From Eledone cirrhosa (Eukaryota), in contig OZ024743.1 of assembly GCA_964016885.1 (NCBI GenBank), positions 266,786,001-266,850,000 of the forward strand: a stretch of DNA of 64,000 nucleotides. Reading direction: 5' to 3'. This document shows, piece after piece, positions 44,570 through 60,212 of the stretch (positions are counted from its first letter, which is position 1; each line of letters starts with the position of its first letter). A program made the translations under genes and the position numbers. The notes beneath the pieces are model-generated. The model was not told the origin of the DNA and ran no database searches. It saw nothing but the letters and a program-made list of their open reading frames with translations.

Positions 44570-46640
44570 AAAATATTAACAAATGAAGAATATTCTAATA
44601 ATCAAATTCTCATAATCAATTGTAGAAAGAAGTCCGAATGTCCTTTACAAAATATTTGCCTTGACAAGAATCTAGTATATAAATGTACCATTAAAACAAA
44701 TAATAATATATATAACTACATCTGTGCTACTTCATCTAAATTTAAGGATCGTTGGTATAATCATAGACACTCTTTCAGTAAACCAGGCAAGAAATTTCCG
44801 ACTTCAGTTTCAAAATTAGTATGGTCTTTAAAGAACAATAATATTAAATACTCCATCTCTTGGACAAAATTAAAGAATACTAATTCCTATCAGATCTCAA
44901 CTATTTCGCAAAATTGCCATCTTTGTAACCTTGAGACTCTACAGATAATTACAATGACAATTTAATCAACAACAAAAAAATGAATTGTTTAGTAGTTGTC
45001 ACCATAAAATTGGTAAAACTTTCCAGGCAATGTACAAGTTTCGAAAAAATATTGACAATTAATAATTTAAATACATATATAAGTTTTGCATTATTGTGAT
45101 AATAATTTATTGATCTTTATATGTATTAGAATAATTTCATTAAGAGTCTCGGTTTCCTATGTTTTGATTAGGACAATTCAATATTTAACTAGACAATAGA
45201 TGATTTATGGTTTTGAAATATCGCTGGACGTGAGAGTAGATATAAGTTTTAAATATTTGTATAAGGTGAATGAGTTATCTTCCTTTTGTTTACATTGTCC
45301 GTAAAACTTTCTTTTCTTTTTGACTAGCTTGCTAAATTATATTAGATATGAAATATGTAGATTAATGATTGTTTCTACTTTAGGCCAGCAATTACCCAGT
45401 GCATTACTGGTACTTTATTTTATCGACCCCGTAAGGATGAAAGGCAAAGTTAACGTCGGCGGGATTTGAACTCAGTCTGTAAAGGGACGAAACTATGCGG
45501 CAAAGCACGGCGTCCGACCATCTCCCGATACTGCCAATCCACCGCCTATGTAGATTAATAATATAAGACTATCATTAAAAGGAAACTATATATCAAAATA
45601 AGTAAATACAGAAGTAAATATAATCTTTCATTAAATTAATGAAATATAACTTTTGAGAGTAAATATGACTGCAGTTTTATGCTAGGAATTAAATGAAAAT
45701 TAAAGAATAGTAAAGATTTTATAAAGAGAATATCCTAATTAAATAAAATAATTTGGGTAATAAATGATCTAAATACATTATATGTATTGATGGTGATATA
45801 TGCATGGTATTATATTTTAATACATATTTAATAATTATTTAAATACGCTTTAAAGATTAATTCTTTTAAAGTTGTAACAAAATATATATATAATATCATA
45901 CTTTAAAATTAAAAAATAAATTAAATTATATAAATTCTTAATTAAACTAAATATGTGATTGCTATAGAAAGTAATCTATACTGATTAATTTTGATATACT
46001 ATATAAGTATAATTAGCTAAAGCATAATCAAATACAAGATATATTCAATTGTTTATGTGAATTGATTAGGTGTCCTATTTGATCTAACATTTGGAAATAA
46101 CGGTTTCTTTCTCTATCCCCCTCTATTTGATGTTCCCTTATTTTCTTTATTTTGTTTACCCCCCCCCCCCCCCCCCCCCCTTCGTTCCCTTTACACCTTC
46201 CCTCACTTTTGGCGTTATTCCTCCTTTCTTTTTTTATATATTTCTTTTATTCCTTCATCCATTTATTTATTTTTTATTCATTTATCTATTTATGTATGTA
46301 TTTATTTATTTTTTCTTGCCTTTTCTCTTCTCTACACCCTCTCTTATATCTCTAATTTGCTCTACGTCATTTTCTTCTTCAAGTTTTTCATATTATTTGT
46401 GGTATATAAAAGTTGAGATTTGATGAAATAAATCACTGCCAATACTGGAATTGAATAATCAAGAACGTAGCGGTCATAGTTCATATATCAAATCATATAT
46501 TTTGTCTGATGAGGACGTAGCGGTTATATGTCATATATCAAATGATATATTTTCTCTGATGAGGACGTACTGAAAAAAAATATACTACCTTTGAAATATA
46601 TATAATAAAGTATATATTTTGATTATGAGAATATTTTTCA
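44570..46640 (+). mobile_element. PLE EN fragment plus AT-rich 3' UTR with decayed HHR (~46548-46612)
   Basis: NCRKKSECPLQNIC...LVYKC...YIC...FKDRWYNH...CHLCNLE; duplicated ctgatgaggacgta and GAAA-tatata-TA near the end. Confidence 0.8.
45367..45546 (-). mobile_element. tRNA-derived SINE, copy 3, with TSD
   Basis: Flanked by the direct repeat tatgtagattaat. Confidence 0.9.
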
Positions 46641-46655
46641 TTTGTTAATATTTTG

Positions 46656-46840
<185 letters not shown>

Positions 46841-46885
46841 GTGACGAAACATAAGTCAATTGCATGAAGTCATAATCCTTTATTT

Positions 46886-46941
46886 ACTGCTATATATATT
46901 TCGATGATAGCCATTGAATGGCTATGACCTCATCAGGCAGT
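46886..46941 (-). ncRNA. Type I hammerhead ribozyme (same family as 36569; element ~46840-47000)
   Basis: actgc-CTGATGA-ggtcatagcca-ttcaa-tggctatcatc-GAAA-tatata-TA-gcagt. Confidence 0.88.
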
Positions 46942-46998
46942 TAGTCAGTTCTTAGATATGCCAGCTCTGTGTTTATAGTGTTGATGGTATCAGAGCCA

Positions 46999-47057
<59 letters not shown>

Positions 47058-47063
47058 TATTTC

Positions 47064-47138
<75 letters not shown>

Positions 47139-47153
47139 ATATATTGGTATTTC

Positions 47154-47194
<41 letters not shown>

Positions 47195-47521
47195 TACTGC
47201 TGCTGCTCTGAAATAGCGATGTATACATGAATGTATGTATAGTATATTTGGCAATATACTGTATGTTTAGTTTAAAATATTTGGAAGAACATTTGTTATG
47301 AGTTTTAAAGTAGTGACTAAGTCACTTATTCTCGGCAAAAACAAAGATGAGTGATCGTCAGTCTGTTTCTCCCTTGCTTCTGCGGAGATTTATAGAAGCT
47401 GGATTCTTTGTCGAAAATAAGTAAGTGACATTGTTACTACTTTACAACGCATATCGAATGGACTTCAAAATGTTTTTAATTAAACATACAGTATATTGCC
47501 AAATACTGTATACTATACATA

Positions 47522-47645
<124 letters not shown>

Positions 47646-48268
47646 GTTTAATGTAGAAATGGCTTCTACATGACTAGAACTGTTTTATCCGATTGAACTC
47701 GGGATACATGCACACACACACACACACACACATACACACATACACATATATATATATAAAAGCCCGCATAGATACGTCTTTAAAATATCAAATAAAATCA
47801 CGTGGGAGGGGGGGGGGGGGGCGTATATAGGTAATGGAAAACTCAACCAGAAAACAGACAGTTCCATCACCCCGGTCAGGCTCTAGAGATCTGCAGAGTC
47901 TCGATGGATTGAAGGTGATACTGTTTATTCCAGTATATATTGGGACATAACAAAACGGGCAGAGATAAACACAGGTAAAGATAAGACGATTTATACCTTT
48001 TGGCGAATTACACAAACAAAGACCACAAAGCATCTCGAAAGGGTCAACCGACAAAAAGAGAGTAAACAGTGCGTGAGGACTTAACCAAAGGCGAAAATGA
48101 TATGGAAAGGAGACAAATATAGAAAATAAACAAACAGAATCGAATAATATGTGCCGGAGTCCAACGTACAGACAAAGTAGAATGACACTGAGGTGTAGAA
48201 AAGGTTAGTAAGTCGAATACGGGAGGACAAGGCGGGTTGTGTAACGTCCATTATATGTTGTTTTTAAT

Positions 48269-48434
48269 GTGGATTGGCAGTATCGATAGAGGGTCGGACG
48301 CCATGCTTTGACGCATAGAGTTACGGCTCCCGCCGAGGTTAACTTTGCCTTTCATCCTTACGAGGTCGATAAAATAAAGTACCAGTAATGCACTGGTAAA
48401 ATTTGCTGGCCTTGTGCCAAAAGTAGAAACAATT
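48269..48434 (+). mobile_element. tRNA-derived SINE, copy 4 (internal deletion)
   Basis: gtggattggcagtatcg...gcctttcatccttacgaggtcgataaaataaagtacc. Confidence 0.85.
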
Positions 48435-48952
48435 ATATGTTATTTTTAAAACACCCCACATGGTCAAGTCTTTAGAAAATGCAATCAAAAAGTGATGTAT
48501 AGAAGACAAAGACAATAGAAAATAATAAGGACAAACGGGCAGTCCCATCTCCTCTGTGTGTGTGAATGTGCGCATACATATCCACTGGGTCGATTTGAGT
48601 TATGAAATCGTTGCGTCCCAACTCAAATATTCATAAACATATTTGATAACCATAAATAGTAGTTTAGTAAGAATCAGGTAAAGTAACATTGTAAACGGAA
48701 AGAATGTGGACAAAAGCGCTTCTAATTACAGGAAACGTAAATGTTTAAATACGACATTGATCGTCAGTGACCCATTGGCATAGAAATTAGTGGACTATCA
48801 GAGCTTCCAAGAGATGTGGAGAATGACTCATTGACTTATCCTAAACGTCTCTATCACCTTTTCATCCGTCTCCAGGCACACTTTGCTGGAGTATCTCAAC
48901 TATATTGTATAGTGATTGACTACTATATTGGTCATTTGCTTTGGAATGTACA

Positions 48953-49070
<118 letters not shown>

Positions 49071-49883
49071 AACAATATCTGCTCCAACGCGCGGTTTCAG
49101 CTAAAGAATCTTGCGAAACATACACAAACTATATACATACATCCATTGACACATACACATACGCGCGCGCACTGAAACGTAGAACACAGACAAACACAGA
49201 CACAAACACACACATATATATATATATGTATGCATATATATATGTGGTTTAAATAAGATTGGTATTTCTCACTAATACCCTTACCCTAAAATTATTTTTC
49301 CTTCGTTTTTAACATTATTCTTTAAAAACATAACATTTTCGTGTACCCTTCCCTCGCTTGACCTCTTTTCATTCCCAAAGTATTATTTTCATTCAAAACA
49401 TAAGTCTGCACTCCTCTACCCCTAAATTAAATTTCTACTACCACTTTTCGATCAACTTGACCTCTAACTACTTTTCTATTGGTCAATTTAAAACCTGTTC
49501 CCAAACACATCTTTTATATTAAATCTTTGTGGGTTCTTTTTTTTTTATTATTTTTTTTTCAATAAACAAATCTCATCATTTATGAAGACAGCAAGTATAC
49601 GTGAAGGTTTGTATATTTCCTCTGATAATTTGTAATATTTTTTCATAGTTCTGTATGATATACATACCAACACACATATACATCCTAGAAACGATCGTAA
49701 AATGATGAATTTTTTAATATAAGGAACATGTTCTATGTTTTTAATTTATCTTTACTCTGTTTTCCTATGATTTTCATCGAAAATTTTTGAATGCATCTTC
49801 TCTTTTCATGATATTTGGATTACATCATTGATTTCTTCAAACGGATTGGACACTACCGTATATTTTGGTAGATTTATCTACAG

Positions 49884-49960
<77 letters not shown>

Positions 49961-49963
<3 letters not shown>

Positions 49964-50092
49964 ATAATAATAAAATTGAAGACTAAAATCCAAAGAGGGC
50001 TCAATAAGGAAAAATGTATATCAAATATATAAAAACCGTAGGTTAGTTTCAGAAGATCCCGTTAAGCGTGAAAGCACCGATTCTTTGCTTTT

Positions 50093-50095
<3 letters not shown>
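49961..50095. mobile_element. Mini inverted pair of PLE 3' termini with HHR-like motif
   Basis: Same structure as 4996 and 52390. Confidence 0.75.
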
Positions 50096-50123
<28 letters not shown>

Positions 50124-50171
50124 TATGAAAATAATCCAAATAAGCCTTCAATATATCAAAAGTCTTTATTA

Positions 50172-50209
50172 GCCAACAATGTTTCGTCCTATTAAGGACT
50201 CATCAGGAC
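50172..50209 (-). ncRNA. Minimal type I hammerhead ribozyme
   Basis: Mirror copy of 52186-52223. Confidence 0.8.
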
Positions 50210-51400
50210 AAGAAAGCTATAAGAAGCACTACCGGCCAATACAAGTGAAAAACTCAGAAGAATATGGAGTATACTTACATTAAAGCATGGGAAAATTATC
50301 AAGTAAAAATTATCAAGTAAAAATTGCTAAGGAAGTGAATAACATTTTGAACCATATTACAAATATAGTACAATGCAAAAACTAAAGCTAAACACAAGTG
50401 GTGATATAAAGCGAGAATTACAGTACTATATATAATATAATATAATATAATTTAATATAATATAATATAATTGATAATGATAATAATAATATTAAAAGGC
50501 CCAATATACATATATATATATATACATATGTACACACATATATATATATATATCAATACACATATCCATCGTACAAACACAAACTAACACTTATTAAGAG
50601 TTTAAATATAAATAAATAAAAATAAAAATAAAAATTAAAATTAAAATATAATACATATATTATTTACAGTATAAAATGATAAAGAAATGAGTAAAAGTAA
50701 ACATATAATATATAATATACTATATAATTATATAATTAATAATCTCCGGTCAATTTGCACAAACAATATAAATATTACAATAACACTATAATAACAATAT
50801 TATAATATATTGGCATATAACTTAACAAATCATATAAAGTTACACACGGGGTGAGAAAAAAAATATCATACAGAACTAAATTGTGTTGAAAAAATTGTGC
50901 TGGAAAAATATCTATACCGTTGTAAGAAAACAGACGGAGGTCAAGTGTTTATACAATTGGTATAAATAAATATTATCTAAACATTACAAAAATTATAAAA
51001 ATATAAACATATTACAGAATTTACAAAATTTAACATAAGGGTACATCTTATGGATGGGTTCGGATACACCTATGTGATTTCTACGATTCTTATGCTTTCT
51101 ACTCCCATTCATGGCCATATTATGGGATATTATGTTATTATTATTATATGTAAGCGGAGACTTTCTAAGGTTACTATTATTATAATGTATTTTACCAGAG
51201 TAACCGGAGTTAGCTAGGGCATTATTATAGTACTCTGCATGTGCATTAAATATTCTTATGTCCTTAGAGAGTGTGGAAATTCTATTAGATACACCATTAA
51301 TTATAGAGCTTATCATAGATTTGGGGTAGTTAGAATTGGGACTAACATAAGAGAGTATTTCATTAGGCTTATGGAGTTAAGTTATATGCCAATATATTAT

Positions 51401-51587
51401 AATTGTTTCTACTTTAGGCACAAGGCCAACAATTACCCAGTTCATTACTGGTACTTTATTTTATCGACCCCGTAAGGATGAAAGGCAAAGTCAACCTCGG
51501 CGGGATTTGAACTCAGATCGTAAAGGGACGTAACTATGCTGGAAAGCATGGCGTCCGACCCTCTACCGATACTGCCAATCCACCGCC
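51401..51587 (-). mobile_element. tRNA-derived SINE, copy 5, with TSD aatatattataat
   Basis: A and B boxes and Meta-like core; direct repeat on both sides. Confidence 0.92.
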
Positions 51588-52185
51588 AATATATTATAAT
51601 ATTGTTATTATAGTGTTATTGTAATATTTATATTGTTTGTGCAAATTGACCGGAGATTATTAATTATATAATTATATAGTATATTATATATTATATGTTT
51701 ACTTTTACTCATTTCTTTATCATTTTATACTGTAAATAATATATGTATTATATTTTAATTTTTATTTTTATTTTTATTTTTATTTATTTATATTTAAACT
51801 CTTAATAAGTGTTAGTTTGTGTTTGTATTGATGGATATATGTATTGATATATATATATATATGTGCACATATGTATATATATATATATGTATATTGGGCC
51901 TTTTAATATTATTATTATTATCATTATCAATTATATTATATTATATTATATTATATTATATTATATATAGTACTGTAATTCTCGCTTTATATCACCACTT
52001 GTGTTTAGCTTTAGTTTTTGCATTGTACTATATTTGTAATATGGTTCAAAATGTTATTCACTTCCTTAGCAATTTTTACTTGATAATTTTTACTTGATAA
52101 TTTTCCTATGCTTTAATGTATGTATACTCCATATTCTTCTGAGTTTTGGCTTGTATTGGCCGATAGTGCTTCTTATAGCTTTCTT

Positions 52186-52223
52186 GCCCTGATGAGTCCT
52201 TAATAGGACGAAACATTGTTGGC
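52186..52223 (+). ncRNA. Minimal type I hammerhead ribozyme
   Basis: gcc-CTGATGA-gtcct-taat-aggac-GAAA-cattg-TT-ggc; canonical core. Confidence 0.85.
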
Positions 52224-52389
52224 TAATAAAGACTTTTGATGTATTGAAGGCTTCTTTGGTTTATTTTCATAATTCTTCGGCTCTGTTTAATTACATTGAG
52301 CTATACCTTTACTGTCATTTCTATAATATGAAGAGGGTGTTTAACTCCAACACACTCTAGTATTTTAATTCTTATATATATAATATATA

Positions 52390-52607
52390 GTAATAATAAT
52401 AAATTTGAAGACTGAAATCCAAAGAGGGCTCGATAAGGATAGATATATATCAAATATATAAGAAACGTAGTGCAAATATTTATTAAAATAACAGATTAAA
52501 GTTTAAGCAAAGAATCGCTGCTTTCGCCCTTAACGGAGTTTCAGAAGATCCCGTTATGGGTGAAAGCAGCGATTCTTTGCTTAAACTTTAATCTGTTATT
52601 TTAATAA

Positions 52608-52608
<1 letters not shown>
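52390..52608. mobile_element. Mini inverted pair of PLE 3' termini; HHR-like motif at 52537-52587 (plus strand)
   Basis: Same family as 4996, 14830 and 21030. Confidence 0.8.
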
Positions 52609-52642
<34 letters not shown>

Positions 52643-53299
52643 TAGATAGATATATATATAGAGAGAGAGAGAGAGAAAGAGGAAGAGAGAGTTGAACAAA
52701 TGAAAAGACAAACACAGCGATTCACAAGCACAACCTATTATTAGTTTCACAAATAAGAAGCAGAAGAGGTTTTGTCGTTTCAGACGAGAGTCTTTTTTCA
52801 GGAAATGTAGTGCTGAAAGAGAGAAAATAGGTTGAGTCATTGGAGTTTCAAAAAGAAAAGTTTTAAGAAGGATGGGGGTGGTTTGCTTGTAGTACGGCGT
52901 TTGGGAGTGGGAGCTGAGGTCGAGAGTACAGATTCGTCATGGATGTTGTCATGTGTGTGCAAATGGAGTGTATTTCGTGAGTGTGCAGTATTGCTTCTGT
53001 ATGAGTGTGCAGATTGTACCATTGACGGAATTTCGCTTGCGAGTGTTTGCATGTGTCTGGATTTTTATATATGGCCGTTTGTACGTGTGTTTTTGCAGGC
53101 GTGTGTGAATATGCTTTTTGTATGAGCATGTACGTGTATATACGTGTATATCTGTTACATATTATATTGCTTGTGTGTATATTTGTACATGTAAGTGTGT
53201 GGGTGAGTACGTTTATATATGTGTATCTGTGATTATATATCTATGTATGAGCGTGTGCATATATATATATATATATATATATTTATTCTTGTGTCATTT

Positions 53300-54160
53300 G
53301 AGCCTTGTGTGATCGTGTGATGGTGCAGAATCTTGCTGAAAGACATTGCATACACTGTTGATCAAAGGTTTAACAACTTTATCCAGAACCTCAATATATG
53401 CAGCAGCATTCACCCTAAGGCCTTGTGGAGAAAAGTGAGGAGGCATTACATGTCCTTCATTGCTAACATCACCCAAAACCATGACACTAGCAGGAAATGT
53501 TGTGTGCATTACTCTTGGAACATCAGAAGGGTCTGCACATAGCCACCTGTCATTTCTTCTGTTAGTTTTGTGGTCCTGGTCAAAGTTTTTCTCATTTGAG
53601 CAAAAACAAATCACACTGTCTTCTGATGGATTTTTAAGTTTGTTTAAAAGTATTTTGGATCTGATTAAAGGCTTTTCTTTTATTTTTTGCTGACATGAAT
53701 TGACCCCTTCTCACCACGTAAGATTTGTATCTGATATCTTCATGCACAACATTTCTGATTGTTTTTTCTGACACACCAACATTTTTTGTATTTGACCTCA
53801 TTGATTTTCCTGGATTGTCATCAATGTTTTGCTTAATCTCCTGAATAAATTCAAGTGTCCTGATAGAATCAGAGCGCTTGGAATTTTTTATTAAGTTTTG
53901 ATACAGGTAATACTCTTCCATCTTCTTTCTCTAACTCACACCGAATCTTGTGACAAAAGATCTTGCAACTTTCAGAAAACAAGAAATTTCTAAGCCCCAT
54001 TCTTAGCATTCAAAGCCACAATGACAGCATGCCTTTTCATTTCATTAGCAAGCATAGTTATTTTCATTGTTATTTTCTGAAGTGGAAATTCAATAAAAAT
54101 TAGTCAAATAAAATAATGACTAAACATACATGTGTTCTCAAATACTGTCCGCACGATGTA
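53300..54160 (-). mobile_element. Decayed Tc1/mariner-superfamily transposon (5' part)
   Basis: HTH NPGKSMRS...VSEKTIRNVVHEDI, FCSNEKNF (approximately FSDEKxF), VMVLGDVS, FQQDSAPSH; frameshifted and truncated. Confidence 0.88.
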
Positions 54161-54234
54161 TATAAAAGGCGTTACTACAACGGTTCATTTTCATCGGCAC
54201 AGCTTGAAAACGGTAGTGCTAGGACCAAAGAAAC

Positions 54235-55193
<959 letters not shown>

Positions 55194-56454
55194 GTAATCG
55201 AGACAAACAAGAGACCATCGTCAATGTCATTGGAAATAATTGGATTTGTCATCCAAAAGGTTTTATGTTGTTGTTGATCGTGATATTTCTATTGGTGATG
55301 GTAATTGCGAGGTTAGGGCTGCTGTGTTGTTGTTTCTCTTGTTGTTTTAGTTATTGCTAATGGTGAGATGTATTTGTTGTTCTAGTTTTTCTTATTGTTG
55401 TTAGTGAGGGATTCGTCTCAGTGATGTTAGAGCTGTTGTTATTGTTATTGTCACTGTTGGGTTTGTCTGAGAGATATTACAACAGTTGTAATTGTTATTA
55501 TTGTTGTTCTTCCAGGTGTAAGTTTCACTGATGTCTGTGTTGTTGTTGTTAGTATTGGGTTGGTTTCAGTGATGCTAGTGTTGTTGTTCTTATTCTTATA
55601 CTTGTTAGTGATAGGCTTGTCATAGTGATGTTAGAAATGTTTTTTTTTTGTTGTTGTTGTTAGTGATAGATTTGACTCATTGATATTAGTTCTGTTGTTG
55701 TTGTTGTTGTTGCTAGTGATATGTTGGCCTGATAGATGTTGATATACATTTTAGTATCGAATTTTATTTTGTTTTTCTTCTATTCGTTTGATTATTTATT
55801 TTGACATTTTGTTTTTCCACAATTAGGACGTCGTCTACTGCTCTAAATTCGAAGCTGGTTGCCACCTCTCCTTCAAAATCATCTCCATCCTCACCAGAAA
55901 TCATCCTACCTTCATCTTCAACCCCCACCACACAATTCTTCTCTCCTCTTCACCTCTATCTCGCATTCTGTTTGTTTCCTTCTCAGTTTTCATCTGTCTC
56001 TGCTTTTTCTAGCTACATCTCTCTTTTTCCTTTTCTCTCTTTCCCCCCATCAGACAAACATCTTCCGACACCTAATATCTAATACCATTTACCATTGAAA
56101 TTTGCCAAACGACTCTAATCTACTACTCAATAAAGACATTTGATGGTAATTTGACCAGCTACACACAATTCAAGCCAGTTAACACTTTCATGGCTAAATA
56201 TGGCAAACTGCCGAATTTCTTAGAAACAGGGCTCATGGTTCTTGTATTCTTTCCCGCTTATAAGCTGATGCAGGTAATTATATAATTACTTTTATTAACA
56301 ATACACGTGCATCTTCATTGAAGAATTGGTTTTATAATGTTGTTGGTTAATATTATATATTACAGGCTAACCGAAATATCTGGACAACTAGACGTTCGCT
56401 CCATATACGTAATTCCTTTATACTTGTAACAACGTCAGTTCCACTACATTAAAA

Positions 56455-56644
56455 TAATTGTTTCTACTTTTGGCATAAGGCCAGCAATTACACAGTACAT
56501 TACTGGTACTTTATTTTATCTACCCCGTAAGGATGAAAGGCAAAGTTAACCTTGGCGGGATTTAAAACTCAGACCGTAAAGGGACGTAACTATACTGGAA
56601 AGCATGGCGTCCGACCTTCTACTGATACTGCCAACCCCCCGCCC
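56455..56644 (-). mobile_element. tRNA-derived SINE, copy 6, with TSD
   Basis: Flanked by ta(c/t)attaaaataat. Confidence 0.88.
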
Positions 56645-56854
56645 TCTATATTAAAATAATGTCCGACGTACTTGTATTCAGGTATACACAAGTATTGCGA
56701 AGACTAAGGCCATCACTTTGAGCATTTACTGTGATACAACTTTTAAATACTGTTATGCTTTGGATTCAAACATTTGGAACCCATCTGTATGGTATGAATA
56801 TATATTTCTTCTTAGATTACAGTAAAGTGATGGCAATCATATTATTTCAGCGAC

Positions 56855-56924
56855 TCTTCTTCTTCTTCTTCTTCTTCTTCTTCTTCTTCTTCTTCTTCTT
56901 CTTCTTCTTCTTCTTCTTCTTCTT

Positions 56925-56953
<29 letters not shown>
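56855..56953. repeat. (CTT)n microsatellite
   Basis: Seen directly in the sequence. Confidence 0.97.
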
Positions 56954-56956
<3 letters not shown>

Positions 56957-58682
56957 CGATTAAACAAAAGAAACTCTGAATGATTTTAACCATCAGAGTA
57001 CTTATTCACGACCTAACCGATAAGGCTAGCAGCATTTATGCCTATTTGTACCTCATGAGAATCACAAGTTCTTTAGTAACCATTTAACGAAACCGTTAAA
57101 AGATCCTATAAATAACAGCTGGCACATACTAAATCCATTATTCCTTTATGTTCATATTTTCCCAACAAATTTGTCCTTAAAGTTCCAGAAAAAGCTACTG
57201 TAATTTCTCCAATTGTCAATATATTGAGACATCATAAATAAGTCATTTATTTCTATAAACAAAAAGAGATGAATTACATGTAAAAGATCAAACAAAATAA
57301 TGAAGCAGAAAATAAGTAGGCTTCAAATTTTGACTATTTTAAAATGATAAAGACTGATGTTTTAATGTTTCACATTTAAAACCTGAAAGGTTTAAAAGGA
57401 TCTGCAACTAAGCCATTTACGAAAAAACCGATATATTGATGGAAATTGTGTTTGATCTTTCTATATCCAATCGTTGATGACATTTAAGATATGCTGTCCA
57501 TCGAGTCAACATTCAGATGACATGTTACAAATAGTAGACAGCACTCTATCAAATTATACTGTAACATTAAAAAAAGAGGAACGACATATTACGTGCTTGA
57601 TGCATAATATGTAAAAAAAATGATGAGGTGAGATTGTTTAGAACGGCTTTGAACCTATGTCAGCTTTGTAAAGGTCGGCGCTGGTTTAAATAATAAGAAT
57701 AACAATAAAACAAAACATACAAGTATTATGTGTTTTACTAGTTAAGTATTATGAGGGTATATTCATGGAAATAATGCTGACTACATCTTATGATCTGATA
57801 ACAACTTCAAAATGAAGCAAAACATCAACAGAACTGGTATAACGAAAAACAAAAAAAACTCACCAATAAGAAGCCAGACAAACTGGACAGTAGCACAACC
57901 AAAATATACTCCTCATTCAGTATATATGTAAAAACTTCCATTTTTTTTTTGCTATACTATCCTTTCAAATGAGAAGAGAAGAGAGGAAATGACACCGCGG
58001 TACAATTTTGAAAAAAAAAAAAAAGAAAGAAATCAACATCTTCACCACCAACAACAATTAGAGTAATAACTGTGTTAACAAAAAAAAAAAAAAAAAAATT
58101 ATATTAATACATTATAACAGCATCAACACGAAAAACGAAACAAAAATAAAAACGCCGTGAACATTTACGTCAATGATAAAGATAATTGTATTGTAAAATA
58201 ATAAACAGATAAAACACATTTCAAATGAATAATAAAAAGGAAAACAGAAGAAAAATCAATAAAAAGTATACTGTCGTCTGGAAAGATTTTGTCGATGTGA
58301 GTGCAAGCGATATTTACAAAATATATAAAGTAAGTATTATGAAAGCCGTTTAGGAAACGTAACTAAACGAAACGAATATATAAATAAAAATATGGCGTCA
58401 ACACTGAAATATTAGTATGAGACGAAAATAGAAGAAAAATAATAATAAAATAAAACAAAAAAATAAAGAAAATACGGCAAAAGTAGAAAATAAAGTTGAC
58501 TTAATATTTCTCGATAGAAAAAACATATAAAACAAAAAACAAACACACATAGAATTGGCGTTTCTACTACCATTGACTTAGCTAATGAAACCGATATTGA
58601 TAAAAGTACGCAAAACAACAAAAAAAAAAACAATCGATTATACGAAGTAAATAAAGACTGCAACAATAACTATCACAACAAA

Positions 58683-58699
58683 TACTACTACTACTACTG

Positions 58700-58782
<83 letters not shown>

Positions 58783-58819
58783 GCTGCGGCTACTACTACT
58801 ACTACTGCTGCTGCTGTTG

Positions 58820-58869
<50 letters not shown>

Positions 58870-59188
58870 GCTGCTGCTGCTGCTACTACTACTAAATAGT
58901 AGTAGTAGTAGTAATAGAAGTAGTAGTACCAATAATGATAATGGTTGCGATAATATGTGAAAGAAGAAATAAGGGATATGAAGTGGAGGGAGCTGAAGAT
59001 GGTGTGTGAGAGAGACGATGATGATGATGATCATGTTGAAAGTGGTGATGTTGATGATGGTGATGGTGATGAAGATGATGATTATGATGATGATGATGAT
59101 GAAGGAGGAGGAGAAGAATAAAATGTCAGATGAAAAAAAAAGAAAAAAGAAGAAGAAAGAAGAAGAAAGAAGAAGAAGAAGAAGAAGA

Positions 59189-59269
<81 letters not shown>

Positions 59270-59274
59270 AATAA

Positions 59275-59307
<33 letters not shown>

Positions 59308-59332
59308 GAAGAAGAAGAAGAAGAAGAAATAC

Positions 59333-59408
<76 letters not shown>

Positions 59409-59490
59409 AAGAAGAAAAAGAAGAAGAAGAAGAAGAAGAAGAAGAAGAAGAAGAAGAAGAAGAAGAAGAAGAAGAAGAAGAAGAAGAAGG
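58683..59490. repeat. Compound trinucleotide repeats (CTA, GAT, GAA, AAT)
   Basis: Seen directly in the sequence. Confidence 0.95.
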
Positions 59491-59708
59491 AAAAGGAGGG
59501 AGACAACTCAAACAAAACAATGATTTGTCCACAATGAAATTGAAAACAGTGAACGTAATGAAGATTGATTTTGGAAAGTTCTCAGTTTTCGTCAAGGTTA
59601 ATTTTAAAGGAAATTGATATTCAGCGTTCGTAATCCAAAATAAATACACAAAAACAACATACGTTTATACATACATACCTACCTACATAGATACACGCGT
59701 ACATATGC

Positions 59709-59776
<68 letters not shown>

Positions 59777-59814
59777 CACATACACACACTGACAGACACA
59801 GACACCAGTCACAC

Positions 59815-59854
<40 letters not shown>

Positions 59855-60115
59855 GCGCCTGTGTAAATTTATGCATGTGTGTATATTTGTAAAAATATAA
59901 CGTGAAAATGTAAAAATAAATTCTTGAAACCATTGTCTCATTCAAGCTGTCTATTTATTTTGGTTCTTCAGGGATTTCTATTTCACCAAGAGGTCCTATA
60001 TCTTTCTTAATTCAGAATTGTACTTATATATATTACGCATGTATGTACCTATAACATTCTGTATGTGTATGTGTGTGTGTGAGAAAGAGAAAGAGGGGAA
60101 ATTGTAGAGTGAGAC

Positions 60116-60212
<97 letters not shown>

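Larger units (their letters stand above)
50125..52375. mobile_element. Inverted PLE composite: internally deleted minus-strand copy (RT thumb remnant 50993-51370) plus a plus-strand 3' copy
   Basis: SNYPKSMISSIINGVSNRISTLS...YYNNALANSGY; arms 50125-50826 and 51374-52272 are reverse complements. Confidence 0.85.

Noticed and set aside
49615-49703. CTGATAA...GAAA-cgatcg-TA
   Set aside because: Palindromic stem III is suggestive, but stems I and II do not pair convincingly.
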